Source of the DNA: an uncultured Candidatus Cloacimonadota bacterium
Lineage (GTDB): Bacteria > Cloacimonadota > Cloacimonadia > Cloacimonadales > TCS61
DNA: 64,000 nt
Assembly (NCBI GenBank): GCA_964433675.1
Contig: CAYSSJ010000004.1
Span: 66,454-130,453 of the forward strand
Reading direction: 5' to 3'
This document shows positions 40,926 to 51,137 of the stretch, piece after piece. The position numbers and the translations under genes are program-made. Under the pieces are notes generated by a model. That model worked only from the letters and a program-made list of their open reading frames with translations, did not search any database and was not told the origin of the DNA. Numbering within the stretch: position 1 is the stretch's first letter; the number at the start of each line of letters is the position of its first letter.

Positions 40926-41819
40926 TTAAAATCTACGAGTAAGGATAAAATCGGATAGTAGTCGCAAAGACTCAGCTTTTTCACCATAAGGTTTCAAAAG
41001 AGCTTTTGCTTCCTCTATCAGTTTTTCCGCCATTTGCTTCGATTTTTCCAAGCCATAGATAGCTGGGAAAGTAGCTTTGTTCATTTTAGAATCTTTGCCG
41101 ATACTTTTTCCCAGAGTCTTTTCATTTCCTTCGATATCAAGTATATCATCAACGATCTGAAAAGCCAGACCGATCTTCTCTCCAAAGTTGTGCATCCGCT
41201 TCCTATCAGCTTCGGGCACATTTGCCAGATAACAACCGAATCTGATGCATAGATTAATCAGCCGGGCGGTTTTATTATTATGAATGTATTTGAGCGTCTT
41301 TTCCGATATCTCTTTACCTTCGTTTTTGATATCTTCCATCTGTCCGGCGATCAAGCCTTTGTGACCGGCTTCAATAGCCAGTTCGCGAATCATTTGAAGC
41401 TTTAGTTTATCTTCTAAATCCGTAGCACAGATAGATTCGAAAGCGCTGGTAAGCAGAGCATCTCCGGCAAGTAGGGCAATGGCATCGCCATAAACTATAT
41501 GACAAGCTTTCCTGCCACGTCGGTAGTCGTCGTTATCTATCTCGGGAAGGTCATCGTGGATCAAAGTATATGTGTGCAACATTTCGATGGCTGCACCAAT
41601 TCTCAATGTTTTTTCTATATCCTCGGCAAAGAGTTGGTAAGTATTGATAAGCAGATAGGGTCTGAGACGTTTGCCGCCGGCAAACAGAGTGTGCCGTATA
41701 GCCTTGTGGATCTGCTTGGGATATTCATCTTTTCTCGGTAAAAATCTGTCTATTTCTATATTGACCAGTTCACGTTTTTCACGAATATCTCTTTTTAAAA
41801 ATAATCTTTGAGAAGACAT
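40926..41819 (-). CDS. ispA: Polyprenyl diphosphate synthase (farnesyl/geranylgeranyl diphosphate synthase)
   Basis: Both DDxxD motifs (LIHDDLPEIDNDD and FQIVDDILD). Confidence 0.85.
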   Translation of the reverse strand: MSSQRLFLKRDIREKRELVNIEIDRFLPRKDEYPKQIHKAIRHTLFAGGKRLRPYLLINTYQLFAEDIEKTLRIGAAIEMLHTYTLIHDDLPEIDNDDYRRGRKACHIVYGDAIALLAGDALLTSAFESICATDLEDKLKLQMIRELAIEAGHKGLIAGQMEDIKNEGKEISEKTLKYIHNNKTARLINLCIRFGCYLANVPEADRKRMHNFGEKIGLAFQIVDDILDIEGNEKTLGKSIGKDSKMNKATFPAIYGLEKSKQMAEKLIEEAKALLKPYGEKAESLRLLSDFILTRRF

Positions 41820-42056
41820 TTATTCCTCATCACTTTCTTTAGCAGTCTCTTTCGATAAAGTTTCTATTTTGTTCTCTACGGCATGCAATTTTTCGCTACA
41901 ATAATCTACCAATTTGCTACCTTCTTCATACAGTGCAACTGTTTTTTCCAGATCTTCAATGCCTGTTTCCAGCTTATAGACTATCTCTTCCAATCTCTTA
42001 ATTGCCTGTTCGAAACTCAAATTTTCATTCATAATATCAACTCTCTTTTCGATCAA
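41820..42056 (-). CDS. xseB: Exodeoxyribonuclease VII small subunit
   Basis: SFEQAIKRLEEIVYKLETG...LEKTVALYEEGSKL matches XseB. Confidence 0.75.
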   Translation of the reverse strand: MIEKRVDIMNENLSFEQAIKRLEEIVYKLETGIEDLEKTVALYEEGSKLVDYCSEKLHAVENKIETLSKETAKESDEE

Positions 42057-43054
42057 TCTGACAAGACGATCTCATTCTCGAATTTATTGAGAAACTCATA
42101 AGGGTTACGATGCCTGCCATAACGCCAAACTTCGTAGTGAAGATGAGGACCGGTAGTCCTACCGGAATTACCGAGAGTAGCGATAATCTGTCCTCTTTTC
42201 ACTTCATCGCCCGGCTCTACGAATAGTTTATTCAGATGGGCATATTTTGTTTGATATCCGAACTTATGAGAGATAGTGATATGTCTGCCAAACAGTGATA
42301 AATAGCCGCTTTCAGCGATTACACCATCGGCTGTGGCATAAACCGGTGTACCGATCTCATTGGAAATATCCAGACCACGATGAAAACTTCTTTGTTTGGT
42401 AAGCGGGTGAGTACGCCATCCGTAGCCTTCCGATATTCTACCGTAAGTCGGGTAGATAGAGGGGGTGTTTTGGTAGAGTAGCTCGCGTAATTCTACCTTT
42501 TCATGCAGATCTTTGTGAGTTTCATAGTTGAACTCCACCTTAGCTTGCAATTGCGCCAAGTTGGTCATTGTGTCATAAAGATGACGATTAAAGCCGTCAC
42601 TTAATGAAAACTTTGTAGTATCTATGGGCGGATAACCACCAATACCCATCTCACGGATCTCTTTGTTTATAGCCTCCAGATTTTTCTCTGCCCGGATATC
42701 GTCTTCCCACCTTTCCATCAGCTTTATCCTTACCAAGATGGAATCTATTTCTGTGGAGATAGCCAAAAGTTTCTCTTTGAGAATTTGATTCTCTTCCATC
42801 ACATGCTGGGCTTCGATGATCTCTGCCTGATTTTTTAGTACAAATACCAAAGAAGCAATGAATAGCAAGATAAGAATAGATAGAAAACTGATGACGGCAA
42901 TACCGACTTTTTTTGATAGTGCAAAGCTGCGCAAAGTCTGAGCATCAGTGCTCGTCAGCGATATATACCATCTTTTACTAACAGCCATATTTCTCCTTAA
43001 AATACTTTTAGGCATAATTATATGATTATTATATAATGTCAAGCAATTTTGCAC
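42053..43054 (-). CDS. M23-family metallopeptidase (LytM domain) with coiled-coil region
   Basis: HRGLDI...GTPVYATADG...HLHYEV zinc-binding motifs. Confidence 0.8.
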   Translation of the reverse strand: MQNCLTLYNNHIIMPKSILRRNMAVSKRWYISLTSTDAQTLRSFALSKKVGIAVISFLSILILLFIASLVFVLKNQAEIIEAQHVMEENQILKEKLLAISTEIDSILVRIKLMERWEDDIRAEKNLEAINKEIREMGIGGYPPIDTTKFSLSDGFNRHLYDTMTNLAQLQAKVEFNYETHKDLHEKVELRELLYQNTPSIYPTYGRISEGYGWRTHPLTKQRSFHRGLDISNEIGTPVYATADGVIAESGYLSLFGRHITISHKFGYQTKYAHLNKLFVEPGDEVKRGQIIATLGNSGRTTGPHLHYEVWRYGRHRNPYEFLNKFENEIVLSD

Positions 43055-43193
43055 TTGTATTGGAATATTGTGATTTTAGGAGCAACTATGTACAGTGTGG
43101 AAAGGAGCTGCATAAAAAGAAAAGACTTGACCAAAAAACCATATTTCAGGTGTAAAGAAAATATAAAAAACAGATCAAAAGTAGGAGGATAAG

Positions 43194-44090
43194 ATGTTGA
43201 AGTCTTTTGACGAACTTACCCAGAAGGTAAAGAATATGGAGAACAAAAATGTAGTGATAGCTGCAGCCCACACCGATACTGCTTTGGAAGCCGCTTTGAT
43301 AGTGAAGCGAGAAGGATTGGCAAATTGCGTTTTGGTTGGCGATAAAGCTTATATCTCAGAATATTTGGATAAAAACGCTCCCGAGCTCAGGGGAGATTTT
43401 CAGATAGTGGATACCGGAAAAGACCTTGCAGAGGCAGCAAAGGTATCTGTAGCTTTGGTAAAGCAAGGTGAAGGTGATCTGATTTTGAAAGGTAAATGTG
43501 ATACCGGCACTTTGTTGAAAGCGGTTTTAGACAAAGAGAAAGGACTGCGTACCGGTAGTATCATGAGCGATGTATTGGTATATGAAACTCCCGAAAAATT
43601 AGTATTGATGGGAGATGGAGGATTTATCCCTCTACCGGATATCAAAGAGAAGATATCTATCATCAAAAATTGTGTCTCTGTGGCACATTCACTCGACAAT
43701 CCAAATCCAAAAGTTGCTCTTCTTACCCATAGTGAAAAAGTGAGCGAAAAGATCCCCTCCACAGTAGATGCTGCCTTGATCACCAGGATGAATGCCCGTG
43801 GGCAGATAACCGGATGTACGATTGATGGACCGCTTGCATTTGATAATGCGGTTTCCAAACATGCTGCCGAACTGAAAGGGATTATTTCTGATGTAGCAGG
43901 TGATGCCGATATTCTGATAGTACCCAATATCGAAGCAGGCAACATTTTTGGCAAAGCGCTCACATATTATTGTCACTATAGAGTAGCCCATGTGATTATG
44001 GGAGCTCAGGTACCTATCCTCATCGCTTCCAGAGCAGATGATGCCGAAACCAAAATGCTCTCTATTGTTTTGGGTATAATAAGCGCTTAA
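43194..44090 (+). CDS. Phosphate acyltransferase of the PTA/PTB family (phosphate butyryl/acetyltransferase)
   Basis: About 300 aa PTA_PTB fold; RBS aggagga. Confidence 0.7.
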   Translation: MLKSFDELTQKVKNMENKNVVIAAAHTDTALEAALIVKREGLANCVLVGDKAYISEYLDKNAPELRGDFQIVDTGKDLAEAAKVSVALVKQGEGDLILKGKCDTGTLLKAVLDKEKGLRTGSIMSDVLVYETPEKLVLMGDGGFIPLPDIKEKISIIKNCVSVAHSLDNPNPKVALLTHSEKVSEKIPSTVDAALITRMNARGQITGCTIDGPLAFDNAVSKHAAELKGIISDVAGDADILIVPNIEAGNIFGKALTYYCHYRVAHVIMGAQVPILIASRADDAETKMLSIVLGIISA

Positions 44091-44555
44091 ATGAGCATCA
44101 CGATCATCGCTGTTGGGAAAACGAAGCAGAGTTTCATCTCCCAAGGTATCTTAGAATATCAAAAAAGATTGAGACCATATGCTGAAGTAAATATGATTAT
44201 AGTTCCCGATGTAAAGCTAACCAAAACCAACACGATAGAAATAGTAAAAGAGAAAGAAGCAGTAACGCTGGAAAAGAAACTGCCCAAAGGCGATCATATT
44301 TGCTTGTTAGATGAATCCGGTAAAGAATACACCTCGGTAGGTTTTGCCAATTGGTTGCGAGAAATTTCCAACCAAAGATCTCTCACTTTTGTTATCGGGG
44401 GAGTGTATGGTACAGCAGAGCGGATAAAACAGCGAGCAGATTCGGTGTTGCGGCTATCTTCTATGACTTTTACTCATCAAATGACAAGATTGTTTTTGTA
44501 TGAACAGCTGTATCGGGCATATACTATTTTGCAAAACAAAAAGTATCATTATTAA
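44091..44555 (+). CDS. rlmH: 23S rRNA (pseudouridine1915-N3)-methyltransferase
   Basis: SPOUT family RlmH N-terminus MSITIIAVGK...EYQKRL. Confidence 0.8.
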   Translation: MSITIIAVGKTKQSFISQGILEYQKRLRPYAEVNMIIVPDVKLTKTNTIEIVKEKEAVTLEKKLPKGDHICLLDESGKEYTSVGFANWLREISNQRSLTFVIGGVYGTAERIKQRADSVLRLSSMTFTHQMTRLFLYEQLYRAYTILQNKKYHY

Positions 44556-44565
44556 TATAACAGAG

Positions 44566-44949
44566 GAGATGGTTATGGTAGAAGATATGATAAAACTGGC
44601 AAAAGAGGCTGCTTCCCGAGCGTATGCGCCTTATTCCGGTTTTAAAGTAGGAGCTGTCTTAGTGGCAAAATCGGGAAATATCTATACCGGCTGCAATGTG
44701 GAAAACTCATCTTATGGACTAACTATTTGCGCCGAGCGAACTGCTCTCTTCAAGGCGATCTCCGAAGGGGATAGAGAATTTGAACATTTAATTATTTACA
44801 ATGATTCCGAAAAAGTCTTTTATCCTTGTGGCGCCTGCCGACAAACATTGGTTGAATTTAGCCCCGAAATGAAAATTACGATTGTAAATAATGATGAGAT
44901 GGTTGAAAAGAAGCTAAGTGAGCTTCTGCCGGAACATTTTAAAATATAG
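44566..44949 (+). CDS. cdd: Cytidine deaminase
   Basis: CAER and PCGACRQ zinc-binding motifs; RBS agaggag; ORF-track start 44500 is an extension. Confidence 0.85.
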   Translation, partial: EMVMVEDMIKLAKEAASRAYAPYSGFKVGAVLVAKSGNIYTGCNVENSSYGLTICAERTALFKAISEGDREFEHLIIYNDSEKVFYPCGACRQTLVEFSPEMKITIVNNDEMVEKKLSELLPEHFKI

Positions 44950-44958
44950 ATTTGGGAG

Positions 44959-45894
44959 GTGAATATGAAGTATGATATCGCTATAATCGGTGGAGGACCT
45001 GCCGGGCTAAGTGCAGCTATTTATGCTGCCAGAGGAGGGCTTTCGACTATACTGTTCGAAAAAGCCTTGCTTGGTGGTCAGATTGTGGTTACGAACGAAG
45101 TAGAGAATTATCCCGGTTTCGAAGAGACTCTCACCGGCTTTGAGCTGATCGAAAAAATGAAGAAACAAGCGGAGAAATTTTCTGCTCAGATCACTTTGGA
45201 AAATGTGAAAGCAATCGGGATGGAAGGATTGTGCAAGATCGTGGAGACAGAGAAAGGGCAATATCGTGCCAAATCGGTAGTTATAGCTACAGGTGCACAT
45301 CCGCGCAAACTTGCCGTTCCCGGCGAAGAAGGATTCAGCGGTCGTGGAGTCTCTTATTGCGCTACTTGCGATGGTGCATTGTACAGAGATAAGGTTGTGG
45401 CAGTCGTTGGTGGCGGAGATTCTGCTTTGGAGGAAGCTCTGTTCCTTACCAAATTCGCAAAAAAAGTGTATATAATCCATCGAAGAGATAAATTGCGGGC
45501 AGTGAAAGTAGTGCAAGAACGTGCCCAAGAAAATCCAAAGATAGAATTTGTATTAAGTACAGTGGTTCAGGGTATAACCGGCGACAAGGTAGTGGAAAAA
45601 TTGCATTTATATAATCGAGAAAAGCAGGATTACACTACACTGGCAGTCGATGGAGTATTTATCTATGTCGGCATAATCCCGAATAATGGATTAGTGGAAT
45701 CCAGGGTAGAATTAGATGCACAGGGATTCATCCTCACCGATGAGACCATGCATACCAATATCCCGGGGATATATGCAGCGGGAGATATCCGAGCCAAAGT
45801 GTTGCGCCAAGTTGTCACCGCTGCTTCCGATGGCGCTACTGCCGCCTTCTCAGCTGAAAAATGGGTAGAAGAGAATATTCATAAATTTGAATAA
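44959..45894 (+). CDS. trxB: Thioredoxin-disulfide reductase
   Basis: GGGPAG FAD motif, redox CATCDG, NADPH GGGDSA motif. Confidence 0.9.
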   Translation: MNMKYDIAIIGGGPAGLSAAIYAARGGLSTILFEKALLGGQIVVTNEVENYPGFEETLTGFELIEKMKKQAEKFSAQITLENVKAIGMEGLCKIVETEKGQYRAKSVVIATGAHPRKLAVPGEEGFSGRGVSYCATCDGALYRDKVVAVVGGGDSALEEALFLTKFAKKVYIIHRRDKLRAVKVVQERAQENPKIEFVLSTVVQGITGDKVVEKLHLYNREKQDYTTLAVDGVFIYVGIIPNNGLVESRVELDAQGFILTDETMHTNIPGIYAAGDIRAKVLRQVVTAASDGATAAFSAEKWVEENIHKFE

Positions 45895-45902
45895 AAATGT
45901 AA

Positions 45903-45930
45903 CAGGAGGGGCTATTCCCCTCCTTAATTA
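45903..45930. terminator. Bidirectional terminator hairpin (aggaggggctattcccctcct)
   Basis: Perfect 8-bp stem between convergent trxB and the 45933 gene. Confidence 0.65.
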
Positions 45931-45932
45931 TA

Positions 45933-46205
45933 CTAACTTGATGACACTGTGTAATCGGTGACTTTTTCACCTTTAACATAAAGCAATTTCGGATTTTGAG
46001 GAGAGCCACCCTTTTTTATCTTGTCGGTATCCTTTTCTTCTTCCAGACGCCAAATCTCCCAAGAGTCTCCTTCGCCATCTACGCAGAAGGTTATCCCTTT
46101 ATCGATAAAATCGTCTATTATAAACTGGATGGCCTTGAGCGGTTCTGCCTTTGTAACCGGGATAGAGAATTTTTCCGGTTCATACACATATTTCTTTTTC
46201 TTCAT
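45933..46205 (-). CDS. Hypothetical small protein
   Basis: ORF upstream of rodA; no recognizable motif. Confidence 0.35.
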   Translation of the reverse strand: MKKKKYVYEPEKFSIPVTKAEPLKAIQFIIDDFIDKGITFCVDGEGDSWEIWRLEEEKDTDKIKKGGSPQNPKLLYVKGEKVTDYTVSSS

Positions 46206-46243
46206 AAAAAAACCTCCATCTGAACTGTTTTTTTTTGATATTT

Positions 46244-47464
46244 TTACTCGAAAACACTTCGCTCTTTCATGAATTTCTGGATCAGAGCAATAGCGACAAT
46301 ATTTATCAGCAAATTGGAACCACCATAGCTAATAAAAGGTAGAGGGATACCAGTGGTTGGCACTATTCCCATGTTCATGCCGATATTTACGAAGATCTGA
46401 AAAGTTAGAAAAGACGCTATTCCGACGACGATAAGATAAGTTTGTGGCTGCTTCAATTTGTTCATTACTCGCATGATCCTATATAGCAACAAGAAAAATA
46501 GTACGATGAGCAGGGAAGAGCCGATAAAGCCAAATTCTTCACCTACGACTGAGAAGATAAAATCGGTATGATGTTCCGGCAAAAACTCCAGATTTTTCTG
46601 TGTACCCATCAGAAAACCTTTGCCAAAAGTTCCACCCGAGCCGATAGCAATACGGGACTGAATGATCTGATAACCGGCTCCCAAGGGATCTCGCAGAGGA
46701 TCGATAAAAGAGAGTATCCGATTCTGTTGATAAGTTTTCAGACTATTCCAGATTAGTGGTGATACGGCAAAAATGAACGTGTTTATCACCACTGTGAATC
46801 CCATAATAATATAGGATATTCTCATTTTATAGAGTACAAAGATAATCAAAAGCATCATCAGGATGAACAGAAAGAGCGAAACAGAAGTAACGACACTAAG
46901 TAAAGGTGTGAGTAGTAGAACCAAGTAGAATTTTGGCAGATCGGAAGCTAACAATATGACAAATGCGCTCGCTACTACAGCTACGGCAGTACCCAGATCG
47001 GGTTGGATGAGTATCAGAGAAAATGGAATAATCGTGATGATAAAAGTTCTGCTAAGTATATGCCAGTCGTTTATATGTCTTTTTGATAAGATTTTTGCCA
47101 GAACCAGCACTGTAGCGAGCTTTGCCAATTCGGAAGGTTGGAAGTTGAACAATCCGAAAGAGAGCCATCTATGAGAACCTTTTACTCCCGGAGTAAATAA
47201 TACGGCGATCAGCATCAGGATAGAGAGGATATAGATAGGATAAATAAGCGAATCTATAATAGAATACGGTAATTTGATAACTAAGATAAAAATAGTCAAT
47301 GAGATTAAAATCCAGGCTATCTGTTTGATAAAATAGTTGCTGGTATAGATCTCATCACCTACTTTCGTTGTGGAAGCTGTGTAAACGATGACCACCCCGT
47401 AGATCAGGATGAGAAGCATCAGTATAAACAGGCTCCAATCGATATTTCGTAGTGACCTGATCAT
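46244..47464 (-). CDS. rodA: Peptidoglycan glycosyltransferase RodA (SEDS family)
   Basis: 10-TM SEDS protein; context with mrdA/mreBCD. Confidence 0.85.
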   Translation of the reverse strand: MIRSLRNIDWSLFILMLLILIYGVVIVYTASTTKVGDEIYTSNYFIKQIAWILISLTIFILVIKLPYSIIDSLIYPIYILSILMLIAVLFTPGVKGSHRWLSFGLFNFQPSELAKLATVLVLAKILSKRHINDWHILSRTFIITIIPFSLILIQPDLGTAVAVVASAFVILLASDLPKFYLVLLLTPLLSVVTSVSLFLFILMMLLIIFVLYKMRISYIIMGFTVVINTFIFAVSPLIWNSLKTYQQNRILSFIDPLRDPLGAGYQIIQSRIAIGSGGTFGKGFLMGTQKNLEFLPEHHTDFIFSVVGEEFGFIGSSLLIVLFFLLLYRIMRVMNKLKQPQTYLIVVGIASFLTFQIFVNIGMNMGIVPTTGIPLPFISYGGSNLLINIVAIALIQKFMKERSVFE

Positions 47465-47465
47465 C

Positions 47466-49226
47466 TCATTGCTCCCTTATCTCATTGTAGTAACCGATAA
47501 TGCGACGGGCGATAGGTGCTGCTACGCTTCCGCCACCTCCGGCATTTTCCAAAAAGACTACAAAAGCAATCTCCGGTTCGGAATCCCATTTGGCGTATCC
47601 GGCAAACCAAGCATGAGTCTCCGATCCCATGTGATTCTCTGCCGAACCGGTCTTGCCATACACATCCACACCAGGGTAACGAGCAGCCATTCCGGTGCCG
47701 TATCTTTCATTCACGGTAGCATACAATGAATGTTGAATAGCCTCGATATTTTCCTTTGCATATGGAAGAGGCTCTATCTCCGGATCTACTACACGTACTA
47801 TATCTTTATCTACTATCCTATCCAACAAATGTGGTTTGATCCAATTGCCATTATTGGCAATGGCGTTGTAATAAGCACAAACTTGTAACGGAGTTATCAG
47901 CATTTCCCCCTGACCGATGGATAAATTCACTTTCTGTCCGGTAATACTGATATTTCTGCCATAATTCTCAATATACCAGCGACGATTGGGGAAAAATCCA
48001 CGTCTTTCACCGGGAATATCTATGCCGGTATGAACGGTAAAATGATTCTCCTTAGTTTTCTGCTCCAGAACTTCAAGAGAGAGCAATAGGGAAAGATCAT
48101 AAAAATACACATCGCAGGAATGTTTCATTGCATCTATAAGACTGAGTTTGCCATGTCCATCTTCATACCAGCAGTTAAAGAAGCGATCACCTATCTGCAT
48201 ACCGCCGGTACATTCGGCAAACTCGGTCTCCAGATCCAACAACCCTTCGTCCCAACCTATAGAGGCGATGATCGGTTTATAAACCGAGGCTGGTGGATAA
48301 GTGGCATGGATAACCCTGTCTAACATTGGTCGGCGCTGATCAGTCATAAGGCTTTCCCAGTCCAAAGATGAGATACGTACCGAAAACATATTCAAGTCAT
48401 ATTCCGGCTGGCTAACATAAGCCAATATCCCACCGGTAGATACATCCATCACAACGACTGCGGAATTATGTTCCTCAGGGAGAATAGACGTAATATAGTT
48501 TTGCAGACGGTTATCTATGCTCAGGACTAAAGTCTTACCATGCTCGGCAGGTTTATAGAGATTGTGCTTGAATAGATTTAAGCTACGTCCGCGTGCATCT
48601 ACCTGCATAATCTCATATCCATTTTCTCCTCGCAAGAGCTGCTCGTACTGACGCTCTAATCCAGATTTGCCGATCACCGAATTTATCGTGTATCCGCTAT
48701 CTGATAGCCTGGCGTATTCTTGGTCATTAATTCTGCCTACATAGCCGGTAAAATGGTTTGGATATTGATATTCCCGGATAGTTTCCGATTTGAAGGTAAG
48801 TGAGGGGAAATAATTCAGATGCTCGGAAGTTTTAATAACAGTCTCAAAACCTATATTTTGTGCTAAGATCAGCTCATGATGATGACGAAATCTGTTTTTG
48901 TACAAAAAATCTTTAAATTCATCTAAACTGATCTTGAAATTTGCAGATAAGAATGAGACAAGATTATCTTTGTTTTCTATACTGGCGGGGGTGATATAAA
49001 GATTATAGGATGAGCGGTTTAGCACTATCGGCTGAAACTCTCGATCGTAGAGTTCACCGCGGATCGGTGCGATATTTCTCAGGCGGACATAGTTTTTCTC
49101 AGAAATGCCTTTGAATCTCTCCGAGTTGAGAATCTGGAGGTTAAATAGATAAACCAACAATAGAGCAAACAAGCCTGCTGTTATATAAATGTAATAACGG
49201 GGGAAATTATTGTTAGTTTCCAACAT
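47466..49226 (-). CDS. mrdA: Penicillin-binding protein 2 (transpeptidase)
   Basis: SxxK (STGG?-region), SxN and KTGS/KTG(T) motifs (KTGSAE); N-terminal TM plus dimerization domain. Confidence 0.85.
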   Translation of the reverse strand: MLETNNNFPRYYIYITAGLFALLLVYLFNLQILNSERFKGISEKNYVRLRNIAPIRGELYDREFQPIVLNRSSYNLYITPASIENKDNLVSFLSANFKISLDEFKDFLYKNRFRHHHELILAQNIGFETVIKTSEHLNYFPSLTFKSETIREYQYPNHFTGYVGRINDQEYARLSDSGYTINSVIGKSGLERQYEQLLRGENGYEIMQVDARGRSLNLFKHNLYKPAEHGKTLVLSIDNRLQNYITSILPEEHNSAVVVMDVSTGGILAYVSQPEYDLNMFSVRISSLDWESLMTDQRRPMLDRVIHATYPPASVYKPIIASIGWDEGLLDLETEFAECTGGMQIGDRFFNCWYEDGHGKLSLIDAMKHSCDVYFYDLSLLLSLEVLEQKTKENHFTVHTGIDIPGERRGFFPNRRWYIENYGRNISITGQKVNLSIGQGEMLITPLQVCAYYNAIANNGNWIKPHLLDRIVDKDIVRVVDPEIEPLPYAKENIEAIQHSLYATVNERYGTGMAARYPGVDVYGKTGSAENHMGSETHAWFAGYAKWDSEPEIAFVVFLENAGGGGSVAAPIARRIIGYYNEIREQ

Positions 49227-49704
49227 AAATTCTGACTTTTTCCAGCAAAACGAAGAAATAGATTACTATAAGTGTGATGATCGTGTTGTAAACAGCAGCC
49301 CAGAGCAAACCGGAGAACAAAGATGCTAATACACCCATATCCATCGCTCTGAATATTACAATTATAAGCCAATAGATGATATTAATAATGAACAAACTGA
49401 ACAAGACGGCAACAATCCGTTCTTTATTTATACTTTGATGCGTTTTGGAAACTATAAGGCAAATAAGCAGAAATAGCATGGTATTCAAACCGAGAGTGGA
49501 GGGATACATCAGATCATAAGCGAGACCGGTAAAGAAACTGATCGTGAGGGCAAGGTTAATATTGCTGTATAAGGCAAGAAAGATGACGAAACCGATGATA
49601 ATGTTGGGGATTGCCGATGCAATAGCTAGATGGGGCATTAGCAAGATCTGAATATAGATCAAAACGATGGCGAAGAAGATGAATTTGATCGTTCTAAGCA
49701 TCAC
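49213..49704 (-). CDS. mreD: Rod shape-determining protein MreD
   Basis: Small polytopic membrane protein in mre operon position. Confidence 0.6.
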   Translation of the reverse strand: MMLRTIKFIFFAIVLIYIQILLMPHLAIASAIPNIIIGFVIFLALYSNINLALTISFFTGLAYDLMYPSTLGLNTMLFLLICLIVSKTHQSINKERIVAVLFSLFIINIIYWLIIVIFRAMDMGVLASLFSGLLWAAVYNTIITLIVIYFFVLLEKVRIYVGN

Positions 49705-50368
49705 TTTCCCTCACAATACAAATCGGAGTAAGCTCATCAGCCTGACCTTGGGGATTGTCTTTCATCACCGCTTCCAGCAAATGCGGATCAACCGAGATAC
49801 TTCTGCCGATAACCCAACTGCCACCGATATCGTTTATATCCATGATAACGGTTTCGCAACCACAGACATCACAAATCTGCTGAGCTATTTTGTCGGGATC
49901 TTTCGGACCTTTGATAACACATCTGTTATAGGGAGGTACAGGGGAGGTGTTGGCTGCATCTATTAGAGCCGCCTGTTTACCGGCTATGCGATAAAACCAT
50001 CCCTTTTTACCGACTATTTTTCCCCAACCACCACCGAGCGCTGCCAGCAAGATGCGCAGATGACCGACCTCATCTATTGCACACTGCATACTGGTCGGCT
50101 CACGCAATCCGATGCCGTAAGGAACTTTGGCTACAAAACGCCACAGTATTTTGGCAAGCAAACCTACCTTGATTTGCTCTTGTGCTATAGCTCTACCTTG
50201 TGTAATTGCAAGTGGACTTTCGCTGATTACGATATAATCTCGGGGTTGTAAAATATCTTTTGTGTATTTTTGGACTACTTTCACCATATCATCATCTGAT
50301 GTGAGGATGTGTGTTTTTATAGGAATGCGCAAATAAGATTTATTATCGTATGATATGGTCGAATTCAT
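49694..50368 (-). CDS. F420-0:gamma-glutamyl ligase-like (CofE-fold) protein embedded in mre operon
   Basis: DYIVISESPLAITQGR, AALIDAAN and VIMDINDIGGSWVIG blocks parallel CofE blocks (D.VV.S.V.SKAEGR / N.G.DASN / ITDTNGR...G). Confidence 0.5.
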   Translation of the reverse strand: MNSTISYDNKSYLRIPIKTHILTSDDDMVKVVQKYTKDILQPRDYIVISESPLAITQGRAIAQEQIKVGLLAKILWRFVAKVPYGIGLREPTSMQCAIDEVGHLRILLAALGGGWGKIVGKKGWFYRIAGKQAALIDAANTSPVPPYNRCVIKGPKDPDKIAQQICDVCGCETVIMDINDIGGSWVIGRSISVDPHLLEAVMKDNPQGQADELTPICIVRESDA

Positions 50369-51137
50369 CTTGATAACCTCTATCTTCTTCGTGTTGCAAC
50401 ACGATAACTTTGTTTAGAGCTCCCAGATCCACAAAGGGTTCAATTTTTGCTTTCATATTTACTCTATCGGGTGATTCTATCAATTGTGTAACCACGCCTA
50501 CTTTGTAACCTTTTGGGAAAACAGAAGAGATAGGAGAGGTGATGATGGTATCTCCCAAACTGATCTCTGCTCCTACTCGGATCAAACTTATATACAAATT
50601 CCCATCGAAATCGGATTCTAATAAACCTTGTAATTCAGATTGTTGAGACATGACGCTTAATTTGAAAGAAGAGTTGCTATAAGGTAGCAGGATGGAATAG
50701 TTTGGTGAGACGGAAATTATTTTGCCAACCACACCCTCCGGGGTGATAACGGGGTAGTCTCTTTGCAGTTTATCTATGCTGCCTTTGTTTAGAATGAATT
50801 GTAGTTCATCCAACATACCTGTGTAGCCGATAATATCGGCGATGACAAAATTATTTGTTTCTTCGGACTCGAAAGTGATAGTAGCATTGATATCGCGGAT
50901 TTTTTCCTGTAGTTCGGTTACTTGGATCGTCTTATGAGCCAAAAGTTGTTCAAGCTCCTGATTTCTGGCGCGAACGCTCATCATTTCTTCTATAGAATGA
51001 ATAGAACTGGCAAACGGCAGATAGAGAGAATTTGCCAAAAAATTCGCTTTTGTGATTCTCTGCGATTCATTCCCCCACAACAATATCAAAGCTAATAACA
51101 GATAGATTATGAGTAGAAGATTATTTCTCACCATCAA
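50343..51137 (-). CDS. mreC: Rod shape-determining protein MreC
   Basis: N-terminal TM, coiled coil, beta-rich C-terminal domain; follows mreB. Confidence 0.75.
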   Translation of the reverse strand: MMVRNNLLLIIYLLLALILLWGNESQRITKANFLANSLYLPFASSIHSIEEMMSVRARNQELEQLLAHKTIQVTELQEKIRDINATITFESEETNNFVIADIIGYTGMLDELQFILNKGSIDKLQRDYPVITPEGVVGKIISVSPNYSILLPYSNSSFKLSVMSQQSELQGLLESDFDGNLYISLIRVGAEISLGDTIITSPISSVFPKGYKVGVVTQLIESPDRVNMKAKIEPFVDLGALNKVIVLQHEEDRGYQDEFDHIIR

